Source of the DNA: an uncultured Acidobacteriota bacterium | GTDB lineage: Bacteria > Acidobacteriota > Vicinamibacteria > Vicinamibacterales > JAKQTR01 | Direction: 5' to 3' | Length of the DNA: 64,000 nucleotides | Assembly: GCA_963809475.1 (NCBI GenBank) | Contig: CAWEJS010000001.1 | Span: forward strand, 1,050,125 to 1,114,124 | Part shown: in pieces, positions 18,341-28,439 of the stretch | Position numbering within the stretch: position 1 is the stretch's first letter | Layout: each line of letters begins with the position of its first letter | Notes under the pieces: generated by a model | Database searches by the model: none | Seen by the model: the letters and a program-made list of their open reading frames with translations, nothing else | Told to the model about the DNA's origin: nothing | Position numbers and translations under genes: made by a program

Positions 18341-18831
18341 GCGCGAAGGACGCGGGCAAGGCGGCCGACCGGAAGAAGGCCGAGCGCATCATCGCCGAGA
18401 ACCGGAAGGCCCTGTACGACTACCATCTGATCGAGACCTTCGAGGCCGGCATGGCCCTCGTGGGGACCGAGGTGAAGGCGATCCGCGAGGGACGGGTCAA
18501 CCTGCGCGACAGTTTCGCGCGCGCCGATCACGACGAGGTCTACGTCCACGGGGTGCACATCGGCGCGTACAGCAGCCGCGGCTACGCGGACCACGAGCCG
18601 CTCCGCCCGCGCAAGCTCCTGCTGCACCGGCAGGAGATCCGCAAGCTCATCGGCAAGACGACCGAGCGCGGCATGACGATGGTGCCCGTCCGCATGTACT
18701 TCAAGAACGGGCGCGTGAAGATCGCCATCAGCCTCGCCAAGGGCAAGAAGGACTACGACCGCCGGGAGACGATCAGGCGCCGCGAGGTGGACCGCGAAAC
18801 CCGCGCCGCCATCAAGGAGCGGGGACGTTGA
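18337..18831 (+). CDS. smpB: SsrA-binding protein
   Basis: GTGA overlap with pdxA. NRKALYDYHLIETFEAGMALVGTEVKAIREGR. Confidence 0.9.
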   Translation: MSAKDAGKAADRKKAERIIAENRKALYDYHLIETFEAGMALVGTEVKAIREGRVNLRDSFARADHDEVYVHGVHIGAYSSRGYADHEPLRPRKLLLHRQEIRKLIGKTTERGMTMVPVRMYFKNGRVKIAISLAKGKKDYDRRETIRRREVDRETRAAIKERGR

Positions 18832-18892
18832 CGCACCTTGCGGCGCGCTCGGGCCGGATGCTACGCTTCGGCTTTGCCGCATTGGAAGAGGA

Positions 18893-19471
18893 GTGGCTCC
18901 CGTGCTGAACAACAAGAAGGTCGTCGCCGGGTTGGCGGTGCTCGCGATCGTGGTGGCGGTGGTCGCCTACTGGAGGCTCGGGAAGGGCAGCCACGCGGTG
19001 GCCGTCGATCTCGTCAGCCAGCTGGCGGACGTCCAGAAGACGACGACCTGGACCGATCCCGGCGAGGCGCCGTTCACCGTGAAGGACGTCACCCTCGAGG
19101 GCCAGACCCACAAGGCGATCTTCGCGCCGCCCTACTCGCGGATCCGGTGGAAGGTCGAGGTCCCACGCCGCGGCACCCTCCAGGTGTACTTCGCCGTGCG
19201 ACAGGACGCGTGGGACGCCGAGGGCAACGGCGTCCAGTTCCGCGCCGGCGTGTCCGACGGGCGCACCTACGAGGAGTACCTGAGAGAAGTCGTCAACCCC
19301 AAGGGGCGCGAGCGCGACAGGCGCTGGATGTCGGCGACGATCGACCTCTCGGCGTACGAGGGCCAGTTGGTGGAGATCAACCTGAACACCGACCCCGGCC
19401 CGCCGAGGGACGATGCCGACAGGCGGAACGATTTCGCGGTCTGGGGCGAGCCCCGCATCGTCGGGCGCTAG
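18893..19471 (+). CDS. hypothetical membrane-anchored protein
   Basis: N-terminal TM segment (VVAGLAVLAIVVAVVAYW) and no recognised family. The start may be GTG 18902 (GAGGAG RBS 8 nt upstream). Confidence 0.5.
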   Translation: MAPVLNNKKVVAGLAVLAIVVAVVAYWRLGKGSHAVAVDLVSQLADVQKTTTWTDPGEAPFTVKDVTLEGQTHKAIFAPPYSRIRWKVEVPRRGTLQVYFAVRQDAWDAEGNGVQFRAGVSDGRTYEEYLREVVNPKGRERDRRWMSATIDLSAYEGQLVEINLNTDPGPPRDDADRRNDFAVWGEPRIVGR

Positions 19472-19499
19472 TGCGACCCGCGCTCCTGGAGACCGCCCG

Positions 19500-20654
19500 A
19501 TGACGACGACAGGCGCAGGACAGCCGGCGCGCACGGCGGAGGTGCCGATGCTCGACCTGCAGGCGCAGTACCGCCCGATTCGCCGCGAACTTGTCGAGGC
19601 GGTGACCCGGGTCTGCGACAGCCAGCGGTTCATCCTGGGCCCCGAGGTCGAGGGGCTCGAACACGAGCTCGCGGCCTACCTTGGCGTCGCGCACGCGGTC
19701 GGCGTGTCGTCGGGCACCGACGCGCTGCTGCTCGCCATGATGGCCCTCGGCGTCGGGCCCGGCGACGAAGTGGTCACGAGCACCTATTCGTTCTTCGCCA
19801 CGGCCGGATGCGTCGCGCGCCTCGGGGCCACGCCCGTGCTCTGCGACATCGATCCGGTCAGCTACAACATCGATCCCGCGGCGGTGGCCTCGGCGATCAC
19901 GCCGCGCACGAAAGCCATCATCCCGGTCCACCTCTACGGGCAGAGCGCCGATCTCGATCCGATTCTCGACACCGCCGCGCGCGCCGGCGTGCCCGTCGTC
20001 GAGGATGCGGCCCAGGCCATCGGTGCCGCATACAAGGGCCGGATGGTGGGGGGATTCGGCCGCGCCGGCTGCTTCTCCTTCTTCCCGAGCAAGAACCTCG
20101 GCGCGTTCGGGGACGGCGGCCTCGTCACGACGAACGACGCCGCGCTGGCCGCGTCGCTCCGCCGGATGCGGGTCCACGGCGCGGATCGTCAGTACTACCA
20201 CGACGTGATCGGAGGAAACTTCCGCCTCGACGCGCTCCAGGCGGCCATCCTGCGCGTGAAGCTGCCCCACCTCGCCGGCTGGACCGAGGCCCGGCAGCGG
20301 AACGCCGCGCGCTACGACGACCTGTTCGCCGGCGCCGGCCTGGCGGATCGCGTCGTCCGGCCGACCGTGCTGCCCGACCGCCGTCACATCTTCAACCAGT
20401 ACGTCGTGCGCGTGCCGGATCGCGACGGCGTCAAGTCCCTTCTCGAGGCGCGCCGCGTCGGCTGTGCGGTCTACTACCCCGTGCCGTTCCACGAGCTGGC
20501 CTGTTTCTCGTACCTCGGCTACCGGACCGGCCAGTTCCCGCACGCCGAGGCTGCCGCGCGCGAGACCCTCGCGCTCCCCGTCTACGGCGAGCTCGCGTTG
20601 GACCAACAGCGCTACGTGGTGGACGTCATCGCCGAGGCGCTGAACCGGCCGTGA
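19500..20654 (+). CDS. DegT/DnrJ/EryC1/StrS-family sugar aminotransferase
   Basis: MLDLQAQY.., GVSSGTDAL, PLP-lysine context SFFPSKNLGAFGDGG. Confidence 0.85.
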   Translation: MTTTGAGQPARTAEVPMLDLQAQYRPIRRELVEAVTRVCDSQRFILGPEVEGLEHELAAYLGVAHAVGVSSGTDALLLAMMALGVGPGDEVVTSTYSFFATAGCVARLGATPVLCDIDPVSYNIDPAAVASAITPRTKAIIPVHLYGQSADLDPILDTAARAGVPVVEDAAQAIGAAYKGRMVGGFGRAGCFSFFPSKNLGAFGDGGLVTTNDAALAASLRRMRVHGADRQYYHDVIGGNFRLDALQAAILRVKLPHLAGWTEARQRNAARYDDLFAGAGLADRVVRPTVLPDRRHIFNQYVVRVPDRDGVKSLLEARRVGCAVYYPVPFHELACFSYLGYRTGQFPHAEAAARETLALPVYGELALDQQRYVVDVIAEALNRP

Positions 20655-21505
20655 CCCGCCGCCGGCTGCTGGTGACGGGCGCGGAAGGCCGGCTGGCCCG
20701 CGCGATCCGCGACGACTTCGCCCGCGATTCCGATCTCATCGCGCTGACGCACGCCGACCTCGATGTCACCGACGGGCGCGCGGTGGGCGCGCGCATCGCG
20801 GCGGAGCGCCCGGACGTCATCGTCAACTGCGCCAGCGACAACGACGTGGACGGGGCCCAGGACCGGCCGGTGCGCGCGCTGGAGGTCAACGCCTTCGCGG
20901 TGCGCGCCCTGGCCAGGGCCGCCGACGGCGCGGGAGCCGTCCTCGTCCACTACAGCAGCGACTTCGTGTTCGACGGCACGGGCGTCCGCCCCTACACCGA
21001 GGACGACGCGCCGAACCCCCTGAGCGTCTACGCGTCGTCGAAACTGCTGGGCGAGTGGTTCGCCCTCGAGGCGCACCGGGGATTCGTGCTGCGGGTCGAA
21101 AGCCTGTTCGGCGGGTTCGAACGGGGCTCGGGACACCGGGGCAGCCTCGACGGGATCCTCGACGGGATCGAAGCGGGGGCCGAGGTCCCGGTGTTCGTCG
21201 ATCGCACGGTCTCGCCGTCCTACGTGCCCGACGTGGCCGCGGCAACGCGCCAACTGCTGAGTTCCGGCGCGGACGCGGGCCTCTACCACTGCGTCAATGC
21301 CGGCGCCTGCAGCTGGTACGACGTCGCGATGGAGATGGCCCGCCTGCTGGACCGCGAGCCGCGGCTGAAGCCCGTCACCCTGGACGGGATCGCGCTGAGG
21401 GCGCACAGGCCGAAGTACTCCGCCCTCGACAGCGCGCGGCTGCGGGCCGCGGGCATCCTCATGCCGACCTGGCAGGACGCGCTGGCCCGGTACCTGCGCG
21501 CGTAA
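20651..21505 (+). CDS. rfbD: dTDP-4-dehydrorhamnose reductase family (RmlD-like)
   Basis: GTGA overlap with the aminotransferase. LLVTGAEGRLA, YSSDFVFDG, YASSKLLGE (YxxxK). Confidence 0.8.
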   Translation: MTRRRLLVTGAEGRLARAIRDDFARDSDLIALTHADLDVTDGRAVGARIAAERPDVIVNCASDNDVDGAQDRPVRALEVNAFAVRALARAADGAGAVLVHYSSDFVFDGTGVRPYTEDDAPNPLSVYASSKLLGEWFALEAHRGFVLRVESLFGGFERGSGHRGSLDGILDGIEAGAEVPVFVDRTVSPSYVPDVAAATRQLLSSGADAGLYHCVNAGACSWYDVAMEMARLLDREPRLKPVTLDGIALRAHRPKYSALDSARLRAAGILMPTWQDALARYLRA

Positions 21506-21507
21506 CA

Positions 21508-21529
21508 GGGTCAGATCCGCATCTGACCC
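21508..21529. terminator. GGGTCAGAT-CCGC-ATCTGACCC hairpin in the convergent gap (no U tract)
   Basis: 9-bp perfect stem between the rfbD stop (21505) and the lhgO stop (21544). Shares the GGGTCAGA core with the hairpin at 45307-45358. Confidence 0.4.
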
Positions 21530-21543
21530 CACCTTCCGCACCT

Positions 21544-22641
21544 TCAGAGGGCGTCTTCCACCAGGGATGCAACCATCCGTCCCACGGCTAGGCACGCGGT
21601 CAGGCCGGGCGAGCTGATGCCCGCCGCCTGGACGACCCGCGGGTTGACGCGATCACGCCGGATGAGGAAGTCGGCGAAGGGCTGATCCGGCCCGTTCAGG
21701 TTCGGCCGGATGCCGCTTCCGCCCAGCGTCAGGTCTCGAGCGGTGAGCTCCGGCAGAAGGCGCCGCGCCGCCTCCAGGAAGAGGTGCAGCGGCGTGCGCC
21801 CGGATTCGTAGTCATGGCGGCTGACCTGGTGGCGGACGTTGGGTCCCACGAGCACGCTACCCCTGGTGGTTCTTGTCAGGTGCACGCCGAGACCATGGCC
21901 GTCGGGGTTGGGAAGGGGATAGACCAGGGCGTTGACGAGATCGCTCCGCGAGGGCGTGAGTTCCGCATACTCGCCGCGGCAAGGGTGGATGGTGAACGTC
22001 TCTCCCCCGAGCATCGCGGACACCTGGTCAGCGAAGACCCCCGCCGCGTTCACCACCACGCGGGCGCGGATCAGCTCCCGCTCCGTGTGCAGGACGATCC
22101 CGTCCGGCGCCCTGTCGGCACCGACCAACGGCGTGCCCTTGAGCAGATGGGCGCCGGCGTCGCCGCACTCGGCGGCGAGGGCGTGGGCGAGCGCCTCGGG
22201 CTCCACGCGCCCGGTGTCCGGCGAGAACAGGGCCGCCACGCCGGCCGCGTGCGGCTCGCGCCGCCGGATGGCGTCGCCGTCCACGATGGCGAGGCCCTTC
22301 ACGCCGTTGGCCGCCCCCTGCGCCGCCAGCCCGTCCAGCGCGTCCGCTTCGCGCCCGTTGAGGGCGACGATGAGCTTGCCGCAACGGGCGTGAGGGACCC
22401 CGCGCCGGGCGCAGAACGCGTACAGCTCCCGCGCGCCCTCGACGCACAGCCGGGCCTTCAGCGATCCGGGCGGGTAGTAGATGCCCGCGTGGATGACGCC
22501 GCTGTTGTGCGAACTCGCGTCCATGCCGGGCCTGGGGTGCCGCTCGACGACGCAGACCTCACGGCCGCCTGCGGCGATCGCCGCCGCCGAAGCCAGGCCC
22601 GTCACGCCCCCGCCGATCACGACGACGTCGATCGCTTCCAT
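21544..22641 (-). CDS. lhgO: FAD-dependent oxidoreductase, L-2-hydroxyglutarate oxidase-like
   Basis: VVVIGGGVTGLASA dinucleotide fold, SSHNSGVIHAGIYY, DAO-family length. Confidence 0.7.
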   Translation of the reverse strand: MEAIDVVVIGGGVTGLASAAAIAAGGREVCVVERHPRPGMDASSHNSGVIHAGIYYPPGSLKARLCVEGARELYAFCARRGVPHARCGKLIVALNGREADALDGLAAQGAANGVKGLAIVDGDAIRRREPHAAGVAALFSPDTGRVEPEALAHALAAECGDAGAHLLKGTPLVGADRAPDGIVLHTERELIRARVVVNAAGVFADQVSAMLGGETFTIHPCRGEYAELTPSRSDLVNALVYPLPNPDGHGLGVHLTRTTRGSVLVGPNVRHQVSRHDYESGRTPLHLFLEAARRLLPELTARDLTLGGSGIRPNLNGPDQPFADFLIRRDRVNPRVVQAAGISSPGLTACLAVGRMVASLVEDAL

Positions 22642-22685
22642 GTGGACGCCTCATGACCCGGCCGCGGTCGCGCCCCGGGCCCGTC

Positions 22686-22715
22686 TTGCGCCGCCGCGAG
22701 GGAACCTACTACGAT
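22686..22715 (+). promoter_or_regulatory. candidate promoter for gmd block
   Basis: TTGCGC (22686-22691), 18 nt spacer, TACGAT (22710-22715), about 30 nt upstream of the gmd ATG. Confidence 0.25.
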
Positions 22716-22746
22716 AAAACGTTCCCGCCGATAGAAGGACGAAGAC

Positions 22747-23730
22747 ATGCCCAAGCGCGCCATTATCACCGGCATCACGGGTCAGGACGGGTCGTATCTG
22801 GCCGAACTGCTTCTCGACAAGGGATACGAGGTCACCGGCATCATCCGGCGCCTGAGCCATCCCAACTACGACCGGATCGCGCACCTGCTCGATCGTATCA
22901 GACTCCATCCGGCCGACATGCTCGACGAGCTGTCGCTGATCCACGCGATCGAGGAGAACGAGCCCGACGAACTCTACAACCTTGCCGCGATGTCCTTCGT
23001 CCCGGCGTCGTGGGACCAGCCGCTCCTGACCGGCGAGTTCAACGCCCAGGGCGTGACCCGCGTCCTCGACGCGGTGCGCCGGGTGAACCCGAAGATCAAG
23101 GTCTACCAGGCCTCGTCGAGCGAGATGTTCGGCAAGGTGCGCGAGGTGCCGCAGACGGAGCTGACGCCGTTCTACCCGCGGAGCCCCTACGGCGTGTCGA
23201 AGGTGTTCGGGCACTACATCACCGTCAACTACCGCGAGAGCTACGGGCTGTTCGCCTCGTCCGGGATCCTGTTCAACCACGAGTCGCCCAGACGGGGCCT
23301 CGAGTTCGTCACGCGCAAGGTCTCCGACGGCGTCGCCCGGGTCAAGCTCGGCCTGCAGGACAAACTGTACCTCGGCAACCTCGAGGCGCATCGCGACTGG
23401 GGCTACGCCGCCGACTACGTCCGGGCCATGTGGCTGATGCTGCAGCAGCCGACGGCGGACGACTTCGTCGTGGCGACCGGCGTGAGCCACTCGGTGAAGG
23501 ACCTCGTGGAAGTGGCTTTCGCGCACGCCGGCCTCGACTGGAAGACGCACGTCGAGGTGGACCCCCGCTTCCTCCGCCCGGCCGAGGTCGATCACCTGAT
23601 TGGCAATGCCGCGAAGGCGCGGCAGGTGCTCGGCTGGCAGCCGTCCGTCGACTTCGCCGGGCTCGTCGGCATGATGGTCGAGAGCGACATCGAAAAGCTG
23701 TCCGGCATCAAGCCGGCCAAACCCCGCTAG
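22747..23730 (+). CDS. gmd: GDP-mannose 4,6-dehydratase
   Basis: [38 protein letters not shown]. Confidence 0.95.
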   Translation: MPKRAIITGITGQDGSYLAELLLDKGYEVTGIIRRLSHPNYDRIAHLLDRIRLHPADMLDELSLIHAIEENEPDELYNLAAMSFVPASWDQPLLTGEFNAQGVTRVLDAVRRVNPKIKVYQASSSEMFGKVREVPQTELTPFYPRSPYGVSKVFGHYITVNYRESYGLFASSGILFNHESPRRGLEFVTRKVSDGVARVKLGLQDKLYLGNLEAHRDWGYAADYVRAMWLMLQQPTADDFVVATGVSHSVKDLVEVAFAHAGLDWKTHVEVDPRFLRPAEVDHLIGNAAKARQVLGWQPSVDFAGLVGMMVESDIEKLSGIKPAKPR

Positions 23731-23739
23731 AGGATCGCC

Positions 23740-25035
23740 ATGAGTCTGCTCGCACGCGTTCAGAACCGGGACTGCACGGTCGGCATCATCGGGTTGGGGT
23801 ACGTCGGCCTGCCGTTGGCGGTCGAGCTCGCGCTGGGCGGGTTCCACGTCACCGGGTTCGACGTGGACACCTGGAAGGTCGGCGAACTGAACGCGGGGCG
23901 CAGCTACATTCCCGACGTGCCGTCGGCGGACCTCGCCAAGGTCTTGGCGTCCGGCCACTTCAAGGCGACGACGAGCATGGAGTCGCTTGCCGAGATGGAC
24001 TGCATCGACATCGCCGTCCCGACGCCGCTCCGCAAGACGAAGGACCCCGACATGTCGTACGTGGTCCAGGCGGTCGAGGCGGTGAAGCAGCACCTGCGCA
24101 AGGGCCAGCTCGTCAGCCTCGAGTCGACGACGTACCCCGGCACGACGGACGAACTGGTGAAGCCGATGCTCGAAGAGACCGGCCTGAAGGCCGGCCGGGA
24201 CTTCTACCTTGCCTTCTCCCCCGAGCGCGTCGACCCGGCGAATCCCCAGTACCTGACGAAGGACATCCCGAAGGTGGTCGGCGGGTTCGACCAGGCCAGC
24301 ACGGACATCGCCTGCGCGCTTTACGGATCGGTCGTGACGAAAACGGTGCCGGTCAGCTCGACCGTCGTCGCCGAGATGGCGAAGCTGCTCGAGAACACCT
24401 TCCGGTCGGTGAACATCGGGATGGTGAACGAGCTCGCGCTCATGTGCCACCGGATGAAGATCGACGTGTGGGAGGTGATCGACGCCGCCCGGACGAAGCC
24501 CTTCGGCTTCATGCCGTTCTACCCGGGGCCCGGGCTCGGCGGCCACTGCATCCCCATCGATCCGTTCTACCTGTCGTGGAAAGCGAAGCAGAGCGGCTTC
24601 GAGGCGCGCTTCATCGAGCTCGCCGGGCAGGTGAACAGCTCGATGCCGGAATGGGTGGTGACACGAATCGCCGACGCGCTCAACTCGGTGAAGAAGGCGG
24701 TGAACGGGTCGCGCGTCCACGTGTACGGCGTCGCGTACAAGAAGAACGTGGGTGACATGCGCGAGTCACCGGCACTGGATGTCATCGAGCACCTGATCCG
24801 CCGCGGGGCGATCGTCACCTACAGCGACCCCTTCGTGCCGTCCTTCAGGACCGACGGCCACACGTTCTCGGCGATCCAGGCATCCGACGCGCTGGCGTCG
24901 AAGCCCGACTGCGTGGTCATCACCACCGATCACGACGTCTTCGACTACAAGGAGCTCGTCGAGAAGGCCCCGCTCATCGTGGACTCGCGCAACGCGCTGA
25001 AGGCGTTCCACGCGCCGCACATTCACAGGCTCTAG
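23740..25035 (+). CDS. UDP-N-acetyl-hexosamine 6-dehydrogenase-type nucleotide-sugar dehydrogenase (WecC/WbpA-like)
   Basis: VGIIGLGYVGLPLA and catalytic Cys context GPGLGGHCIPIDP. Confidence 0.85.
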   Translation: MSLLARVQNRDCTVGIIGLGYVGLPLAVELALGGFHVTGFDVDTWKVGELNAGRSYIPDVPSADLAKVLASGHFKATTSMESLAEMDCIDIAVPTPLRKTKDPDMSYVVQAVEAVKQHLRKGQLVSLESTTYPGTTDELVKPMLEETGLKAGRDFYLAFSPERVDPANPQYLTKDIPKVVGGFDQASTDIACALYGSVVTKTVPVSSTVVAEMAKLLENTFRSVNIGMVNELALMCHRMKIDVWEVIDAARTKPFGFMPFYPGPGLGGHCIPIDPFYLSWKAKQSGFEARFIELAGQVNSSMPEWVVTRIADALNSVKKAVNGSRVHVYGVAYKKNVGDMRESPALDVIEHLIRRGAIVTYSDPFVPSFRTDGHTFSAIQASDALASKPDCVVITTDHDVFDYKELVEKAPLIVDSRNALKAFHAPHIHRL

Positions 25036-26450
25036 ATCCGTTCGGCGACGATCGCGTAGTCCAGGTACGAGAACATCACCGCGTTGAGCTTGGCCACGTT
25101 CTCGTTGAACACCTGGGCGAGGTTCGCCATGCCGAGGGTGTCCGCTTCGGGGGGCAGCCAGAGCGGCTGCAGCTTCGCGTCTTCCGGGTAGGGCGACAGC
25201 ATGCGCACGTCCACGCGCTGGAAGCCCGACGCCACCGTCAGGAATTTCAGCGTCTCGGGATGCAGCGGCCAGGCGTGCGTGATGTCGCGGATGTAGGCGT
25301 CGAAAAACGCGAACCAGCAGGCCGGGTTCAGCGTCTCGAGCACGATGCTGGACCCGGGCCTCAACTTGTGGAACGCCGTGTCGAGCACCCGCACGAGGTA
25401 CGGGGGCTGGAAGTGCTCGACCACCTGCACCGCGATCAGCCCGCCGAGCGACGCGTCCGGAATCGAGTCGAGGTACGCGAGCGCGTCGCCCTCGACGGCC
25501 TCCAGCCCGAGCGCGCGGCAGCTCTCCACCATCTCGTGGTTGATGTCGAGGCCGCGGGCGCGGACGCCCTTCTCGGCGAGCAGCGCCAGGAACTCGCCCC
25601 GGCCGCATCCGACGTCCAGCACGTCCTGCGCGCCGTCGAAGAGCGCAACGTACTCGCCGAGCCGCGCGCGGATGGCCGGCTCCGAGCCCCTAAATTTGTT
25701 CTCGAAGCCGACGTACTTGTACGCGTTCAGGGAGTCCGCCGACACGGACGGGACGGCCGCGACCGGCACGGACCGGGCAGGCGCATGCACGCCTCCGGCC
25801 AGCACCCGCTCGAGCTCCCGCTTCAACACCATCCCGGTCTGCTGCACGCCGCCGATGCTCGTCCGCAGCTCGTCGACGGCCGCGATGTAGCGCTGCTCGC
25901 GCGCCACCATCGCCTCCCAGTCCCGGCGGAACTCGTCCGCGACCGCGCTGAGCCCGGCGCGGGTGATGTTGGCCAGCTTGGCGACGTGCTCGCTCCGGTC
26001 CTTCGTGTCGACGAAGCGCGTGATGTGCTGCAGATAGAGCATCAGCCTGGCGTGGAACGCCTGCAGTTTCTCCAGCTCACCGCGCAGGGTCTCGAGCGTC
26101 GCCGCGATCGACGCCCGGTTCGCCCGATGGGCGGCCACGTTCCGGTTCAGGTGATCGACGAGCGTCGAGTTGAACAGCTGCTGCCGCTCGAAGGCCGGCG
26201 CGAGCAGGTCCCAGATCAGCCGTGTGACGCGCTGCCGCCACCCCCGCTGCCTCGCGGCGGGGTCCGCGGCGAGGATGCCCCACCGCTCGTTGAGCGCCGG
26301 CAGCTGGCTCTCGTCGTACACCACGGGAGGATGCGGCAGATCCGGCAGCGCCGGCAGCGCCTGGTCCAGCGCCGTCAGAGCGTCGTTGTAGGCGCGGTCG
26401 GCGGCCTCGCGGTCGAGGCGCCGGCGCTCGATCTCGTCCTCGGCAAACAT
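25032..26450 (-). CDS. class I SAM-dependent methyltransferase with long N-terminal coiled-coil region
   Basis: Motif I VLDVGCGRGEF in the C-terminal half. The N-terminal ~230 aa are helical and heptad-like with no catalytic motif. Confidence 0.7.
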   Translation of the reverse strand: MFAEDEIERRRLDREAADRAYNDALTALDQALPALPDLPHPPVVYDESQLPALNERWGILAADPAARQRGWRQRVTRLIWDLLAPAFERQQLFNSTLVDHLNRNVAAHRANRASIAATLETLRGELEKLQAFHARLMLYLQHITRFVDTKDRSEHVAKLANITRAGLSAVADEFRRDWEAMVAREQRYIAAVDELRTSIGGVQQTGMVLKRELERVLAGGVHAPARSVPVAAVPSVSADSLNAYKYVGFENKFRGSEPAIRARLGEYVALFDGAQDVLDVGCGRGEFLALLAEKGVRARGLDINHEMVESCRALGLEAVEGDALAYLDSIPDASLGGLIAVQVVEHFQPPYLVRVLDTAFHKLRPGSSIVLETLNPACWFAFFDAYIRDITHAWPLHPETLKFLTVASGFQRVDVRMLSPYPEDAKLQPLWLPPEADTLGMANLAQVFNENVAKLNAVMFSYLDYAIVAERI

Positions 26451-26483
26451 AGGTCACATCCCCTCGGTCAGGCGTCCGGGCGA

Positions 26484-27869
26484 TTACGGGCGATCACGGG
26501 CGCCTTCGCCCGCACGCACGTCAAATGGATAAGGCACCCAGGTCCCGGCGGTCAGCGCGCGGGCCAGCGCCGAGCCGTCTGCGGCCAGGTGCGCGGGCCA
26601 CTCCGCGGGCCTGCGCGGGATCGGCGCCGCGGCGGCTTTCGCCAGCAGCCCCTCATAGTCGCGCGCCATCAGCGCGAGCGTGCCCTGCTCGGCCCAGTAA
26701 CGTCGGGCCGCGCCCCCGAGGCGCTCCCGGAGGGCGGCATCGTCCGTCAGACGTTTCAAGGCGAGGCGCAACATGGGGATTTCGTCGACCAGTTCGACAT
26801 GGACGCACACCGGTTCGGCGCCCGGCTGGCCGGCCGACGCGACGGTCATCGTCCGCACGTCGAGCGACGGCACGTCGGTCTGGTGCACCAGGTCGGTGAC
26901 GATGGTCGGCTTTCCGGCCGCCAGGCAGCGCATCCAGGCCGCGGACGTCTCGCGGCCCGTCGGCCAGCGCAGGTTGAGGCACACGTCGACCGCGGACAGG
27001 TATGCCGCGAGGTCCTCGTCCCTCACGTACCCGGTCTGGATGACGAACTCCGCGACACCCAGTTCGCGGGCCTGCGCCACGAGATCGAAGTACGCCGGCG
27101 CCTCGCCGACGATGAGCAGCCGGAGGCGTGGAACGGCCGCCGCGACCTGCGCCAGCGCCCGCAGCACGGCGGTCAGCCCCTTCTCGGGTGTCACGCGCCC
27201 GAACGACCCGAAGACCACCGCGTCCTCCGGAATGCCGTGAAGGCGCCGGACATCGAGAACCGCCGCGGATGGTGACGCGAGCGGGTCCGGAACACCGAGA
27301 TGGATGCGGACGATCTCAAGGCCGGGGAACTGGCGCGTGAGTTCCCGGGCGAGGTACGCGTTGTGGACGGCCACGACGCGCGCCGACTCGATCGGGATGC
27401 GCACCATCGGCCAGAAGTAGCAGAGCGTACCGCCGAGCCCGGCCACGATCAGGTCCGCGACGAGCGGGGAAACCCCGGGGTAGCAATAACCGAATTCCGC
27501 CGTGTAATCGTCCTCCCGCCGCTGGCGGATGAGGGCCTGCGCGCGCGCCTGGTGGAGCTGGGCGTCGTGCAGGACCACGAGGCCCGGGTACCGCACCATG
27601 TACGGCCACAGGTAGTCGTGGGAGGCGTCGTTGCCCACGTGGTACACGACGACGTCGTATGGCCGCCGCGCCCGACGCCACACGAATTCGTGCGCGCCGC
27701 GGATGTCGGCGCCCGGGACGGGCGTGATCCGGCCGGCGGCGTCCTGCCCGGCCGTGTCGTCGACGAACGCCTCGATGTCGTGCCCGGTCAGGCAGGCGAG
27801 CACCTCGGCGCTGTACGCGGCAATGCCCGAGCGGCTCGGCGGCAGCGGGCTGAACCAGGCAACGCGCAT
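26484..27869 (-). CDS. glycosyltransferase family 4 (GT-B)
   Basis: MRVAWFSPLPPSRSGIAAYS.. N-terminus. C-terminal GT1/GT4-like segment ..FGRVTPEKG..GRETSAAWMRCLAAGKPTIV. Confidence 0.8.
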   Translation of the reverse strand: MRVAWFSPLPPSRSGIAAYSAEVLACLTGHDIEAFVDDTAGQDAAGRITPVPGADIRGAHEFVWRRARRPYDVVVYHVGNDASHDYLWPYMVRYPGLVVLHDAQLHQARAQALIRQRREDDYTAEFGYCYPGVSPLVADLIVAGLGGTLCYFWPMVRIPIESARVVAVHNAYLARELTRQFPGLEIVRIHLGVPDPLASPSAAVLDVRRLHGIPEDAVVFGSFGRVTPEKGLTAVLRALAQVAAAVPRLRLLIVGEAPAYFDLVAQARELGVAEFVIQTGYVRDEDLAAYLSAVDVCLNLRWPTGRETSAAWMRCLAAGKPTIVTDLVHQTDVPSLDVRTMTVASAGQPGAEPVCVHVELVDEIPMLRLALKRLTDDAALRERLGGAARRYWAEQGTLALMARDYEGLLAKAAAAPIPRRPAEWPAHLAADGSALARALTAGTWVPYPFDVRAGEGARDRP

Positions 27870-28025
27870 GTGGCCTTACACCGTACCATAATCGGACCCT
27901 GCCCCCCGAGTCCCGCTTGTCCCGCCGAAGCCGGCCGGCGGGCCGCTTGGCGAAGGCGGAAGTCCCGAATCCCGGTACTTTGTCTTGCCCCTTCAACCCC
28001 TCGTCCGATAGCATGAACGTCACCT

Positions 28026-28385
28026 ATGCAAGGCTGGCTGTCGATTGTCCTGCTGGCGTTTCTCGGCGTGGGTTTTGCCGCCGTGTCCATGGTGGCGTCG
28101 CGCTTCCTCGGGCCCAGGAACCGGACGCCCGAGAAGGCGGCGCCGTACGAGTGCGGCATGCCGCCCGTCGGGGACGCCCGGGAGCGCCACTCGGTGAAGT
28201 TCTACCTGGTCGCGATGATCTTCCTGCTGTTCGACATCGAGGTGGCCTTCCTCTACCCGTGGGCGATGGCCGTCCGCGACTTGCGCTGGCTCGGGTTCGT
28301 CCAGGTGCTGGTGTTCTTCGTGATCCTGGTGGCGGGCTACGCGTACGTCTGGAAGAAGGGCGTGCTGGACTGGAATCGTTCGTAG
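28026..28385 (+). CDS. nuoA: NADH-quinone oxidoreductase subunit A
   Basis: 119 aa, three TM segments, PYECG and FLLFDIEVAFLYPW motifs. Confidence 0.95.
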   Translation: MQGWLSIVLLAFLGVGFAAVSMVASRFLGPRNRTPEKAAPYECGMPPVGDARERHSVKFYLVAMIFLLFDIEVAFLYPWAMAVRDLRWLGFVQVLVFFVILVAGYAYVWKKGVLDWNRS

Positions 28386-28439
28386 GCGGGCCCTGCCGCC
28401 CCGGACGACGGGCGCCGGCGCCTTTGTGACGGATGACTG

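Noticed and set aside
22651-24720. 689-aa minus-strand ORF and 700-aa plus-strand ORF (22653-24755) overlapping gmd and the sugar dehydrogenase.
   Set aside because: Both are alternative frames or strands of two genes with unmistakable motifs ([19 protein letters not shown]). Their composition is low-complexity Arg/Pro/Gly.
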